Below are positions 38,183-45,509 of a stretch of 45,509 nt of DNA, piece after piece (the first letter of the stretch is position 1; each line of letters starts with the position of its first letter). Location: positions 158,235-203,743 of the forward strand of contig MFUV01000010.1 in NCBI GenBank assembly GCA_001787005.1. Direction: 5' to 3'. The DNA is from Candidatus Nomurabacteria bacterium RIFCSPLOWO2_01_FULL_39_18. Its GTDB lineage: Bacteria > Patescibacteriota > Minisyncoccia > Phycocordibacterales > UBA9973. The position numbers and the translations under genes were made by a program. Below the pieces are notes generated by a model. The model made no database searches, had not been told where the DNA came from, and saw nothing but the letters and a program-made list of their open reading frames with translations.

Positions 38183-38998
38183 TTAGTTGCCACTTCCGCT
38201 ACCGCTGTTGTCATCGTCGTCCTTTTCATCATCGTCTACACCGTCGTTATCATCGTCCTCATCCTCATCGTCGTCCACGCCGTCGTTATCATCGTCCTCA
38301 TCCTCATCATCATCCTTATCGTCGTTGTCATGATTGCGAGGTTTTAAGTCGCTAGTGTCGGGTATGCCATCGTTGTCATCATCCCTATCCCGCGAATCCC
38401 GGATGCCATCGTTGTCATGATCTCCATGTTTCCCATCTGTGCTGTCGTCCACTCCGTCATCGTCGTCATCGGAATCTTGGTCATCGTCCACTCCGTCATT
38501 GTCATGATCATGAGGCTTCAGGTCACTACTGTCCGGTGTGCCATCGTTGTCGTCATCGGAATCTTGTTCATCAGAAATACCATCATGGTCATGATCGATT
38601 TTCCTTCCCCACTTGCGGATTATCTTGGCATCAACCTCGAAACTTCCATCGGACAGAACAGTCCCAAGCACGCCAACGAAATCCCCTTCCTGAAAATCAG
38701 TCAGGGCATTGTTCAAACTCATCACTTTTGTGGTTGGAAGCTTGTTCACAGTCCAATTGCCTCCCCAGCTTTTGACAGTTAGAGAATCGGAGTCTGGGAT
38801 TCCCACCACCTCGCCGCGCAGAAGAACATTGCCATTCGGCCCAATATTAAGAATCATAGGGCTTACACCGCCCAAAGATGGTGATCCGGGACCGGAAGAG
38901 ATTGAAAGCGACTCTGCCGGTAATGCTCCAATACCCACCACTCCGGCTACTACAAGTATAGAAGCAAACAAACCAAACATTAAATTTTTATTTATCAT
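38183..38998 (-). CDS. Secreted protein, OB-like (DUF5666-like) domain plus Asp-rich TSP3-like repeats
   Basis: Signal/TM; LRGEV...GDFVGVLG...V.A..IR; repeated D(H/D)DNDG..D..D. Confidence 0.8.
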   Translation of the reverse strand: MINKNLMFGLFASILVVAGVVGIGALPAESLSISSGPGSPSLGGVSPMILNIGPNGNVLLRGEVVGIPDSDSLTVKSWGGNWTVNKLPTTKVMSLNNALTDFQEGDFVGVLGTVLSDGSFEVDAKIIRKWGRKIDHDHDGISDEQDSDDDNDGTPDSSDLKPHDHDNDGVDDDQDSDDDDDGVDDSTDGKHGDHDNDGIRDSRDRDDDNDGIPDTSDLKPRNHDNDDKDDDEDEDDDNDGVDDDEDEDDDNDGVDDDEKDDDDNSGSGSGN

Positions 38999-39123
38999 AA
39001 AATGAAAATTAATCTACTAATAAAAGCCATTAAATATCCGACTGAATTTTAACGGACTACTTGTACTATTATATACTAAAAGCAAGCAAGGGCAACTCTA
39101 AGATAAACCCATTACTGAAAGCT

Positions 39124-39648
39124 TTATTGTTTTTTAAGCCACTCGATCATTTTCTCAAAAGTTGTTTTGCCTGCTTCCCCATCAGAGGGCAATCCTGACG
39201 CCTTCTGGAATCCCATTACCGCCTTTTGTGTACTTGCGCCATAGTCGTTGTCCACCCTGTTTGAGGTACCATTATAAATATTCAGAAACTTCTGAATAGT
39301 GCCTACTCTGGTGCCACGAGATTTGAGCTTAATAACTACATTGTCTGTTATAAGCTTCTCTAACTCGTCTATGAGAACCTGATGTTCATACACCGGCGCT
39401 ACCGTTCCCGGCTGTATGTTTTGCTCTTCGCTTGGCGCAGGCTTTTCTTCTGGCTGATATTGACTAAGCTCATTTTTAAGACTCTCTACCTCTGTTTTTA
39501 ATTCTTCGTTTTCTTTTTGAAGCTGTTCTATCTTCTCTCTCGCTGCGTGTTCGGTGCCAGACTCTATGCTGACCAGAGACCAATATCCGAGGAGACCTAC
39601 CGCCACTAAGCCAACAATCGCGAATATTGTAAATTTAAAATTTTCCAT
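39124..39648 (-). CDS. Membrane-anchored coiled-coil peptidoglycan-binding protein
   Basis: TM, coiled coil, SRG..V..IQ.FL...D.DYG..T..AV..FQ...GL..DG..G..T. Confidence 0.85.
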   Translation of the reverse strand: MENFKFTIFAIVGLVAVGLLGYWSLVSIESGTEHAAREKIEQLQKENEELKTEVESLKNELSQYQPEEKPAPSEEQNIQPGTVAPVYEHQVLIDELEKLITDNVVIKLKSRGTRVGTIQKFLNIYNGTSNRVDNDYGASTQKAVMGFQKASGLPSDGEAGKTTFEKMIEWLKKQ

Positions 39649-39713
39649 CCCTGTTATTTTACCAAAAAATTATTAATTTTAAAAGCAAATATAAATAAAG
39701 TATGAATTAAAAA

Positions 39714-40709
39714 TTAGATACGCAGTCTTGACTGTTTGGGTGGATGTATTTGAAACTTTTCCATAAGCGCGGACAATGCTTGTAAACGTTTGGCCACATC
39801 GGTGATTTCTTGCGGTGTAAGTTGCAAAACTATTTGTTTATTTTGCGCATATGCTCTTTCACTCCTATGGTAAAGTCTTAAAAAGAAGGCATAGTGTTCT
39901 GCAACTTCCTCAACTGATTCTCGTGTCAAGTTTATCATTTGATCATCAGAGAGTTGATTTAACCTACCCACGATACTAGAATCCAGAGTACTTAAAAAAT
40001 TCGCATCCTTTTCACGACGAGTATGCTTGATTTCCTCAACAAGTAAGGTATTTTGCACTAATCGTAGTGGCCCAACTTTAAAAGAAAGCTGATATGCTTC
40101 GGGATTGTAGAACATAGCTCCTGTCTGGAGATCAAAATGAATTGCATCCGTCCCAGCGATCCTGTTACCACCTTTTTCTATTACCTTACGGGCATCTCTT
40201 TTTAAGGAGGAAATTTTGTCCACCTCGCTTGTGCGCAGATTTATTATCTCTTTTCCCAACCTAACTTTGTTTTCTTTTGCGACATTTTCCGAACCGTAAA
40301 TCAGACGACTGTCAGCAATTCTTCCGGGTTGATATCTATTATTATAGGCAGTAACTAAAGAAGAATGGGGTCCTTTCATTTCTATAATTTTTGCCACTAC
40401 TGTTGGAGAAACTTTTTCTATAACTTCAATTAAGGATTGTCTATATGCATCAAGATCTAAATCTGTATTAGTAACTGCTATAACTTCAAGTGGCGACATA
40501 AAAGAGCCTTTTTCTAATCGTGCGTCGCTACCAGGCGTTATAAACGTCACAATCGTACCCAAACTTTCTTTGTTTTGATTTAATTTTTCCGTCAGCTCGT
40601 GCTGTATTAGCAAATTAAAATTACTGACTAGTTTATAATATTCAAGCGGTGAAATATCCAAATCGACTATCCTTCCAAAAGCTTCATCTCTGTGTGGTTT
40701 CTCTAACAT
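39714..40709 (-). CDS. Hypothetical protein, possible divergent Pol-beta-type nucleotidyltransferase
   Basis: GSDARLEK...SPLE resembles GSxGRxE...SDxD. Confidence 0.6.
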   Translation of the reverse strand: MLEKPHRDEAFGRIVDLDISPLEYYKLVSNFNLLIQHELTEKLNQNKESLGTIVTFITPGSDARLEKGSFMSPLEVIAVTNTDLDLDAYRQSLIEVIEKVSPTVVAKIIEMKGPHSSLVTAYNNRYQPGRIADSRLIYGSENVAKENKVRLGKEIINLRTSEVDKISSLKRDARKVIEKGGNRIAGTDAIHFDLQTGAMFYNPEAYQLSFKVGPLRLVQNTLLVEEIKHTRREKDANFLSTLDSSIVGRLNQLSDDQMINLTRESVEEVAEHYAFFLRLYHRSERAYAQNKQIVLQLTPQEITDVAKRLQALSALMEKFQIHPPKQSRLRI

Positions 40710-40773
40710 ATCTTTTTTAGAATATATACTAGAAATTTTACCAAAAAATTGTTAAAAAATGAAGTTCCGTTAT

Positions 40774-41538
40774 TTATGGATACCATTCCAGTTGAATGAC
40801 CTCAATTTCAGGATTTTTGCCATTTACTATTTCTTTGAATTTTGCCACGTCGCTGAAACCTTCCGGGGTTCTGTAGTGATACGGATACACTTTTTTGGGT
40901 TTGAATTCGAGTACTGCATCGGCCGCCTCTTCCACGCTCATTGTATAGGGCAAGTTCATCGCAACGAAAGCCATGTCAATGTTCTGTAGCGCCCTCATTT
41001 CTGGAATCCCCGATGTGTCGCCGGAGATGTAAACGCGCATACCACCCCTCTCAATGATGTACCCGCTACCCCTGCCCTTTGGATGGAAGGCCTCATCTCT
41101 CTCTGGAAGATTATACATAGGCATGGCCTCGATTCTAAATCCCGCTTGATCTGCCATCTCGCCATTATTCATCACGAAAATTTTGGGTTTAAGATCTTCA
41201 GGTATTTCGTCCGCCACCGCCTTGGGTCCTATGATAATGGTTTTTTCCTTGGTCAGTATCTTCAGAGTTTCAATATTAAAATGATCTTGATGTATGTCCG
41301 TAAGTAGAATGATGTCCGGAGAGGGCTTATTGGCAAACATATTCGCCTTGCCAACTTTATACATAGAAGGATCGGCATATATCGCCACTCCGTCCCAATT
41401 CAAAATCATGCTGGCGTGGGAAATGGCATCGATGCTTATAAAATTTGTCATGGTGTTTTTATTTTCTTTTTTGTCATTTGTTTTAATAATCAAAGTTAAA
41501 ACTGCTAAGGCTATTATTAATAATACTATTTTTTTCAT
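40774..41538 (-). CDS. Metallo-beta-lactamase-fold hydrolase with N-terminal anchor
   Basis: SHAS, DP, TDIHQDH, SGDT, PYHY. Confidence 0.88.
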   Translation of the reverse strand: MKKIVLLIIALAVLTLIIKTNDKKENKNTMTNFISIDAISHASMILNWDGVAIYADPSMYKVGKANMFANKPSPDIILLTDIHQDHFNIETLKILTKEKTIIIGPKAVADEIPEDLKPKIFVMNNGEMADQAGFRIEAMPMYNLPERDEAFHPKGRGSGYIIERGGMRVYISGDTSGIPEMRALQNIDMAFVAMNLPYTMSVEEAADAVLEFKPKKVYPYHYRTPEGFSDVAKFKEIVNGKNPEIEVIQLEWYP

Positions 41539-41605
41539 AATTTTTCTTGTCCCGTAGTGAGTTTCGCTCTACTATTGGAATGCAATTAACCTGCCACATA
41601 CTTCT

Positions 41606-41998
41606 TTAGAACCAAGCAACTAAAAACATGACTATAAAATTAATTGCCGATACGATACACCAAGTGCAGAAAGCTCTTAGGATAAATGCCTGAACGTAAG
41701 TGAAGTATATTGAAAACAAGAAGCCAAAAGTCACAATCGTCTGTATGGGCCAAAATGAGATTGAGCTGTTAGCGTAGAGCGAGGTTAGAATTAATATTGC
41801 TACATACATTACAAAACCAGCATAAGAATTTGGAATTCCAAAAGTCCGACTCATTGGGCTGTATTGCACTTTGCGGCACCATTCCTTTGGAAAAAAGAAA
41901 CATGCGACATCGGTGCCTTTCAGTTTGTGATAAATGAGATAAAGGGTGTCTAATATTCCTATTCCACTAAACAAATATAAAACAGTGATTTTATTCAT
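41606..41998 (-). CDS. Vitamin K epoxide reductase (VKOR) family disulfide-bond protein
   Basis: Loop Cys pair, V..S..S...GIP, CTWC active site, 4 TMs. Confidence 0.9.
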   Translation of the reverse strand: MNKITVLYLFSGIGILDTLYLIYHKLKGTDVACFFFPKEWCRKVQYSPMSRTFGIPNSYAGFVMYVAILILTSLYANSSISFWPIQTIVTFGFLFSIYFTYVQAFILRAFCTWCIVSAINFIVMFLVAWF

Positions 41999-42082
41999 AC
42001 ACCGCCATTATAACACAGGGTTCCGAACTTGGGATATTCGAAGGGTATTACCTAAAATAATCCTTTTTGATAAAATAACCTC

Positions 42083-42340
42083 ATGACCAAAAAACCAATC
42101 GCCACAGGTGTAGTGCATAAAGTGCCAGCAGACTTGCGAAGGGCGCTTGTTTCCGCCCCTAAAGCTTTGGCAGTATGGAGAAGTCTCACACCTCTTGCGC
42201 GGAATGAATGGATATGCTGGGTTGTGTCCTGCAAGAAACCGGAGACACGGACCAATCACATAGAGAGGTTGCGCACGGAGCTTGTGGAAGGAGCGCACCG
42301 ACCTTGTTGTTGGGCCGGTTGCATTCACCGCTCCAAATAA
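42083..42340 (+). CDS. YdeI/OmpD-associated family protein
   Basis: VPADL..AL......W..LTP..RNEWICWV...KK.ETR..I. Confidence 0.85.
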   Translation: MTKKPIATGVVHKVPADLRRALVSAPKALAVWRSLTPLARNEWICWVVSCKKPETRTNHIERLRTELVEGAHRPCCWAGCIHRSK

Positions 42341-42431
42341 TCAAAGACGTATAAAACTACCTTGTGGTCTCATTGTTTTTTCGTCATTTTCTGGTAATAT
42401 AATGGAAGTTCTTTCGTTTAATTAAATACAT

Positions 42432-42745
42432 TCCGGGGTAGCTCAGCGGTAGAGCGATCGCCTGTGAAAAATTGCAGCTTCCTGTCAAAAGATAGGTTGA
42501 AAAACAAGGTGAATTCGGGGAAGCCCTTATGGGGTAATCCCGAGCCAAGACCAGCCCTTTTGCAAAAAGAGCTGGTAAGGTGTAGAGACTATCCATTTTG
42601 GAGTAGTTCTGCAAGTTGCGGGACGAAGCGCCTTGATCCTAAGTTCTGATTATCTTCAGAATATGGATATGATATAGTCCACACTTCTAGTAATAGAAGA
42701 TAAAGTGTAAGCGATTGGTCGTAGGTTCGATCCCTACCCCCGGAG
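42432..42745 (+). tRNA. tRNA-Asn(GTT), intron-containing; exons 42432-42465 and 42708-42745; CCA not encoded
   Basis: Spliced exons fold fully: acceptor TCCGGGG/CCCCGGA, D arm GCTC/GAGC, anticodon arm ATCGC-CTGT^TAA-GCGAT, T arm GTAGG-TTCGATC-CCTAC, discriminator G. Confidence 0.93.
42466..42707 (+). ncRNA. Group I self-splicing intron (242 nt) inside the anticodon
   Basis: Exon ends in U and intron ends in G; P1 CTGT/GCAG with U.G pair; P7 GACTA/TAGTC in AGAGACTA and GATATAGTCC; P9 CTTCTA-GTAA-TAGAAG with GNRA loop. Confidence 0.9.
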
Positions 42746-42746
42746 C

Positions 42747-43313
42747 ATGAAGCAAATATTCGAAAAATTTGTATTGTTTTTACATAGCAGATACGGCATT
42801 ACACCCAACATACTGACTTATATCAGAATATTCGCGGCGCCGTGGCTGGCTCTTTTTGTGTCCAAATCTATCTCCGGTAAATTCGGGACGTTCGTTGCTT
42901 TTACGCTTGTGTTTTATATTCTCGTTATTTCCACTGATTTCTTTGATGGTTTGCTCGCGCGCCAGATATATAAAAGACCTAGCGACCACGCCTTTGGCGG
43001 AATGCTAGACCGATTAAGCGACAAAATGTTGATCATCTTCTTGCTCATCCCCTTCGGGCTAAACCTCTTGACAGTTTCAATCGTTCTCGGTGAATCAATA
43101 CTAGCTTACGGAGCGATAAAAGCTCCAGACCATAAGAAGCAAGCAACCAGGATAGGAAAATTAAAAATGCTTTTTCAGGCACTCTTGATACCAGTATTGA
43201 TAATTTCGAGAACAACAAGCCTCATCCCAGATGTCATCTTGTATTTTATGATTATTGCAACCATGGTGCTCACCTATGCCTCTATATACTCGCACCACTT
43301 TAAGAATAGCTAG
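42747..43313 (+). CDS. pgsA: CDP-alcohol phosphatidyltransferase (PgsA-like)
   Basis: PNILT..R, DFFDGLLAR, GGMLDRLSDK, GKLKM..Q. Confidence 0.85.
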   Translation: MKQIFEKFVLFLHSRYGITPNILTYIRIFAAPWLALFVSKSISGKFGTFVAFTLVFYILVISTDFFDGLLARQIYKRPSDHAFGGMLDRLSDKMLIIFLLIPFGLNLLTVSIVLGESILAYGAIKAPDHKKQATRIGKLKMLFQALLIPVLIISRTTSLIPDVILYFMIIATMVLTYASIYSHHFKNS

Positions 43314-43316
43314 TTT

Positions 43317-44321
43317 ATGACAGAATCTCTGTCTTCAAATATAGCGGCTCGCATAGCAACGTTGTGCGAGCTGGGCAGAAAAACAAAATTTCCTGGGACG
43401 CTGGGAAGTTTTTTGTCTTTGATATTTTCTTTTTTATCTTACCATTTTTTAAATAAAACTATTTATGGTATCTTCTTTCTTGTTTTTTTAGCGCTCGGGT
43501 TTTGGGCAATTCGCGAAACACAAAAAGGTGGTGGAGAGAGTGATTACTCATGGATTGTAATCGATGAATGGATCGGGATGTGGTTTGTCGGCTTTTTTTT
43601 ATTTGAACTTAGTTCTATTTTGAATTTCACCCTAACGGGACAAATACTCATTGCTATTTTGGGCTTCATTATTTTTCGCATTATTGATATTTTAAAATTG
43701 ATCTCGCCGATTGGCACAATAGATAAAGTATGGGTGCAAACCCCCACACTGATAATTCTCGACGACTTAATCGCCGGGTGTTATAGCTACGCGATATTGA
43801 TGTTGGTATTTGGATTTTATAATATTCATTATATTTATTTTTCTTTCATGTTTTTGCTCCCAGCCATGATTGCCAACATGACTCCGGTCTTGCTGAGAGG
43901 AATGAAAAAATTTGGAAAACCAATAAATGAGGAAATTTTTGGACTAAATAAAACTTGGCGCGGTCTAGCGGGAGGAATCATTGTCGGGACTTTTTCCTAT
44001 TATATCCTTGCAAACAAAGGTTTTTTTGAAGAAATGCAAAATACAAGCTATGTAATTTTAGTCGGTTTTTTATTTTCTTTCGGAGCGCTCGCGGGAGATC
44101 TAATAAAATCATATTTCAAAAGAAGAGTAGAGAAAAAAGAAGGGGAAAGCTGGATACCTTGGGATCAGCTAGATTATATTTTGGGGGTTATTATCCTCAC
44201 CTACCCTGTTTTCCATTATTCTCTGGGACAAGTTGTTCTAATGCTCGTCATCGGAGGCACAATGAGCGCGTTCGCGCATCGCTTCGCCCACCTGACTAGG
44301 ATGATAAACACTAAGTGGTGA
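43317..44321 (+). CDS. Fusion of phosphatidylglycerophosphatase A (PgpA) and a CarS-like (CDP-archaeol synthase family) cytidylyltransferase
   Basis: N-half PGTLGS, IVIDEWIG, FRIIDILK..PI, ILDDLIAG; C-half PAMIANMTPV, FG.NKTWRG, GALAGDLIKSYFKRR, DQLD. Confidence 0.85.
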   Translation: MTESLSSNIAARIATLCELGRKTKFPGTLGSFLSLIFSFLSYHFLNKTIYGIFFLVFLALGFWAIRETQKGGGESDYSWIVIDEWIGMWFVGFFLFELSSILNFTLTGQILIAILGFIIFRIIDILKLISPIGTIDKVWVQTPTLIILDDLIAGCYSYAILMLVFGFYNIHYIYFSFMFLLPAMIANMTPVLLRGMKKFGKPINEEIFGLNKTWRGLAGGIIVGTFSYYILANKGFFEEMQNTSYVILVGFLFSFGALAGDLIKSYFKRRVEKKEGESWIPWDQLDYILGVIILTYPVFHYSLGQVVLMLVIGGTMSAFAHRFAHLTRMINTKW

Positions 44322-45375
44322 GGCGGTTAAAAAATTTAACTATGTATTCAAAAGTACTAAGCGAGAAGTCAACTAAATGATCAAAAAAATAATTGTTGCT
44401 CATTTTTGGAGTAAACATTACGGAATCTTCCTTCCAGCGCAAGATAACTTCTTCAAGATTATCAATCAATTTCTTTTCGGTGAAAAAAATACCAGATTCC
44501 ATGCCAACGTCAAAAGAAAGGACATCAACATTCTGTGAGCCTAGAATCCCCTCATGTCCGTCCACTAGCATCACTTTACTATGAATCATTTCATTGGTTA
44601 AAAAAAAATTTACCCCCGATGGATAAAGTTTTCTCATGTATAAATAATTGGACCAATTGGCTATCTTCGGATTGGTTGCCACCTTGGGCATGATAATTTC
44701 CACGGTTACACCTCTCTTGATTGCTCTCTTCAAGGCATGAATAACCCACCGATTTGGCATGAAATAAGGAGTAACGATCAAGATGTTTTCTTCGGCACAA
44801 TCTATTTTATTGCGGTAATATTTTTTCAAACGAAAAGGACCTCGATTAGAAAAATGCTCAAAGAACCAAATCTTCCCTCTCTGGATGAGTCTTGACTTGT
44901 CATATTGCAAAACAAAAGGGTCACGACCACCACATTTTTTATAAATACGAGCAAATGACCGCATTATGTGGTTTACAATTTTCCCTTCAATTTTAATGTG
45001 AAGATCATGCCATTTTTTGAAAAATTGATTAATGTTGACTCCCCCGATAAAAGCTACCTTCTCGTCGACGATCAGCACTTTCCTATGAGTATAACGGAAA
45101 AGTTTTTTAAAAAAGAACAATTCAACCCCGGCATCTTTTAACTTGATAATAGATTTATCGAGCAACCCTCCTCCGCTCCCGAATGAATCGAAAATAATCT
45201 TGACTCGAACACCAGAAACAGATTTCTGCCTTAGTATTTCCACAAAATCATGCGTGTCGGAAGTATTATCCGAAAAAATGTACATTTCGAGAAAAATGGA
45301 GCTTTTCGCCTGATTAATGTTATCAAGCATGGCATCCCAGGCTTGTTCAGTTTTGGCATATAGTTTGTAACGCAT
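44311..45375 (-). CDS. cls: Cardiolipin synthase-like phospholipase D (ClsB-like, no N-terminal TM)
   Basis: Two HKD motifs HRKVLIVD and HSKVMLVD; LEMYIF, DSFGS, TPYF; start 45375 or 45396. Confidence 0.9.
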   Translation of the reverse strand: MRYKLYAKTEQAWDAMLDNINQAKSSIFLEMYIFSDNTSDTHDFVEILRQKSVSGVRVKIIFDSFGSGGGLLDKSIIKLKDAGVELFFFKKLFRYTHRKVLIVDEKVAFIGGVNINQFFKKWHDLHIKIEGKIVNHIMRSFARIYKKCGGRDPFVLQYDKSRLIQRGKIWFFEHFSNRGPFRLKKYYRNKIDCAEENILIVTPYFMPNRWVIHALKRAIKRGVTVEIIMPKVATNPKIANWSNYLYMRKLYPSGVNFFLTNEMIHSKVMLVDGHEGILGSQNVDVLSFDVGMESGIFFTEKKLIDNLEEVILRWKEDSVMFTPKMSNNYFFDHLVDFSLSTFEYIVKFFNRLTT

Positions 45376-45420
45376 AAGATAAACTTCGAGACTCAAGTAA
45401 CGTTAAATTGTAGCAGAATT

Positions 45421-45509
45421 TCATGGATGGAGCAAGGTCGCGAATGGCCTCACCAAAAATGTTACCAACCAAGGTATCGTAACCTCACGAAAATGGTTAC
45501 CAATGATTA
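45421..45509 (-). CDS. Probable C-terminal end of an upstream CDS (partial)
   Basis: Open frame ...IIGNHFREVTIPWLVTFLVRPFATLLHP* to the window edge. Confidence 0.35.
   Translation of the reverse strand, partial: IIGNHFREVTIPWLVTFLVRPFATLLHP

Noticed and set aside
41551-41578. CCCGTAGTGAG...CTCTAC as another repeat element
   Set aside because: Stem is short and bulged; not distinguishable from chance
42384-42649. Short ORFs within the intron as a homing endonuclease
   Set aside because: Too short, with no LAGLIDADG, HNH or GIY-YIG motif; they overlap the ribozyme core

Overview
AT-rich bacterial chromosomal segment using standard code 11. Gene content and style (streamlined housekeeping genes, few Shine-Dalgarno sites, DUF5667/CAP/PG-binding surface proteins) suggest a Patescibacteria/CPR (Parcubacteria-like) genome; this is an inference. 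Layout: (i) 1-12.5 kb housekeeping genes (rpe, rpiB, gap, dnaE, pth, lepB, hisS, def, fmt, hpf) interrupted by an HTH/Doc toxin-antitoxin pair and a Y1/HUH (RAYT-like) transposase carrying three copies of a perfect palindrome (upstream, inside the CDS, and supplying its stop codon); (ii) 12.5-17.2 kb sugar-phosphate and GH130-like cluster; (iii) msrA/msrB region with an ArsR gene bracketed by perfect 24-bp inverted repeats; (iv) a ~16 kb island of large Cys/Asp-rich secreted repeat proteins with an ECF sigma and putative anti-sigma factor and shared upstream motif arrays; (v) tRNA-Asn(GTT) split by a 242-nt group I intron, followed 1 nt later by pgsA-like, a PgpA/CarS-like fusion gene and a convergent cardiolipin synthase. 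Short palindromic elements are scattered throughout, some translated in frame inside proteins. Many genes appear leaderless, and three genes carry single-base lesions. All calls come from motif recognition by eye; no database searches were run.
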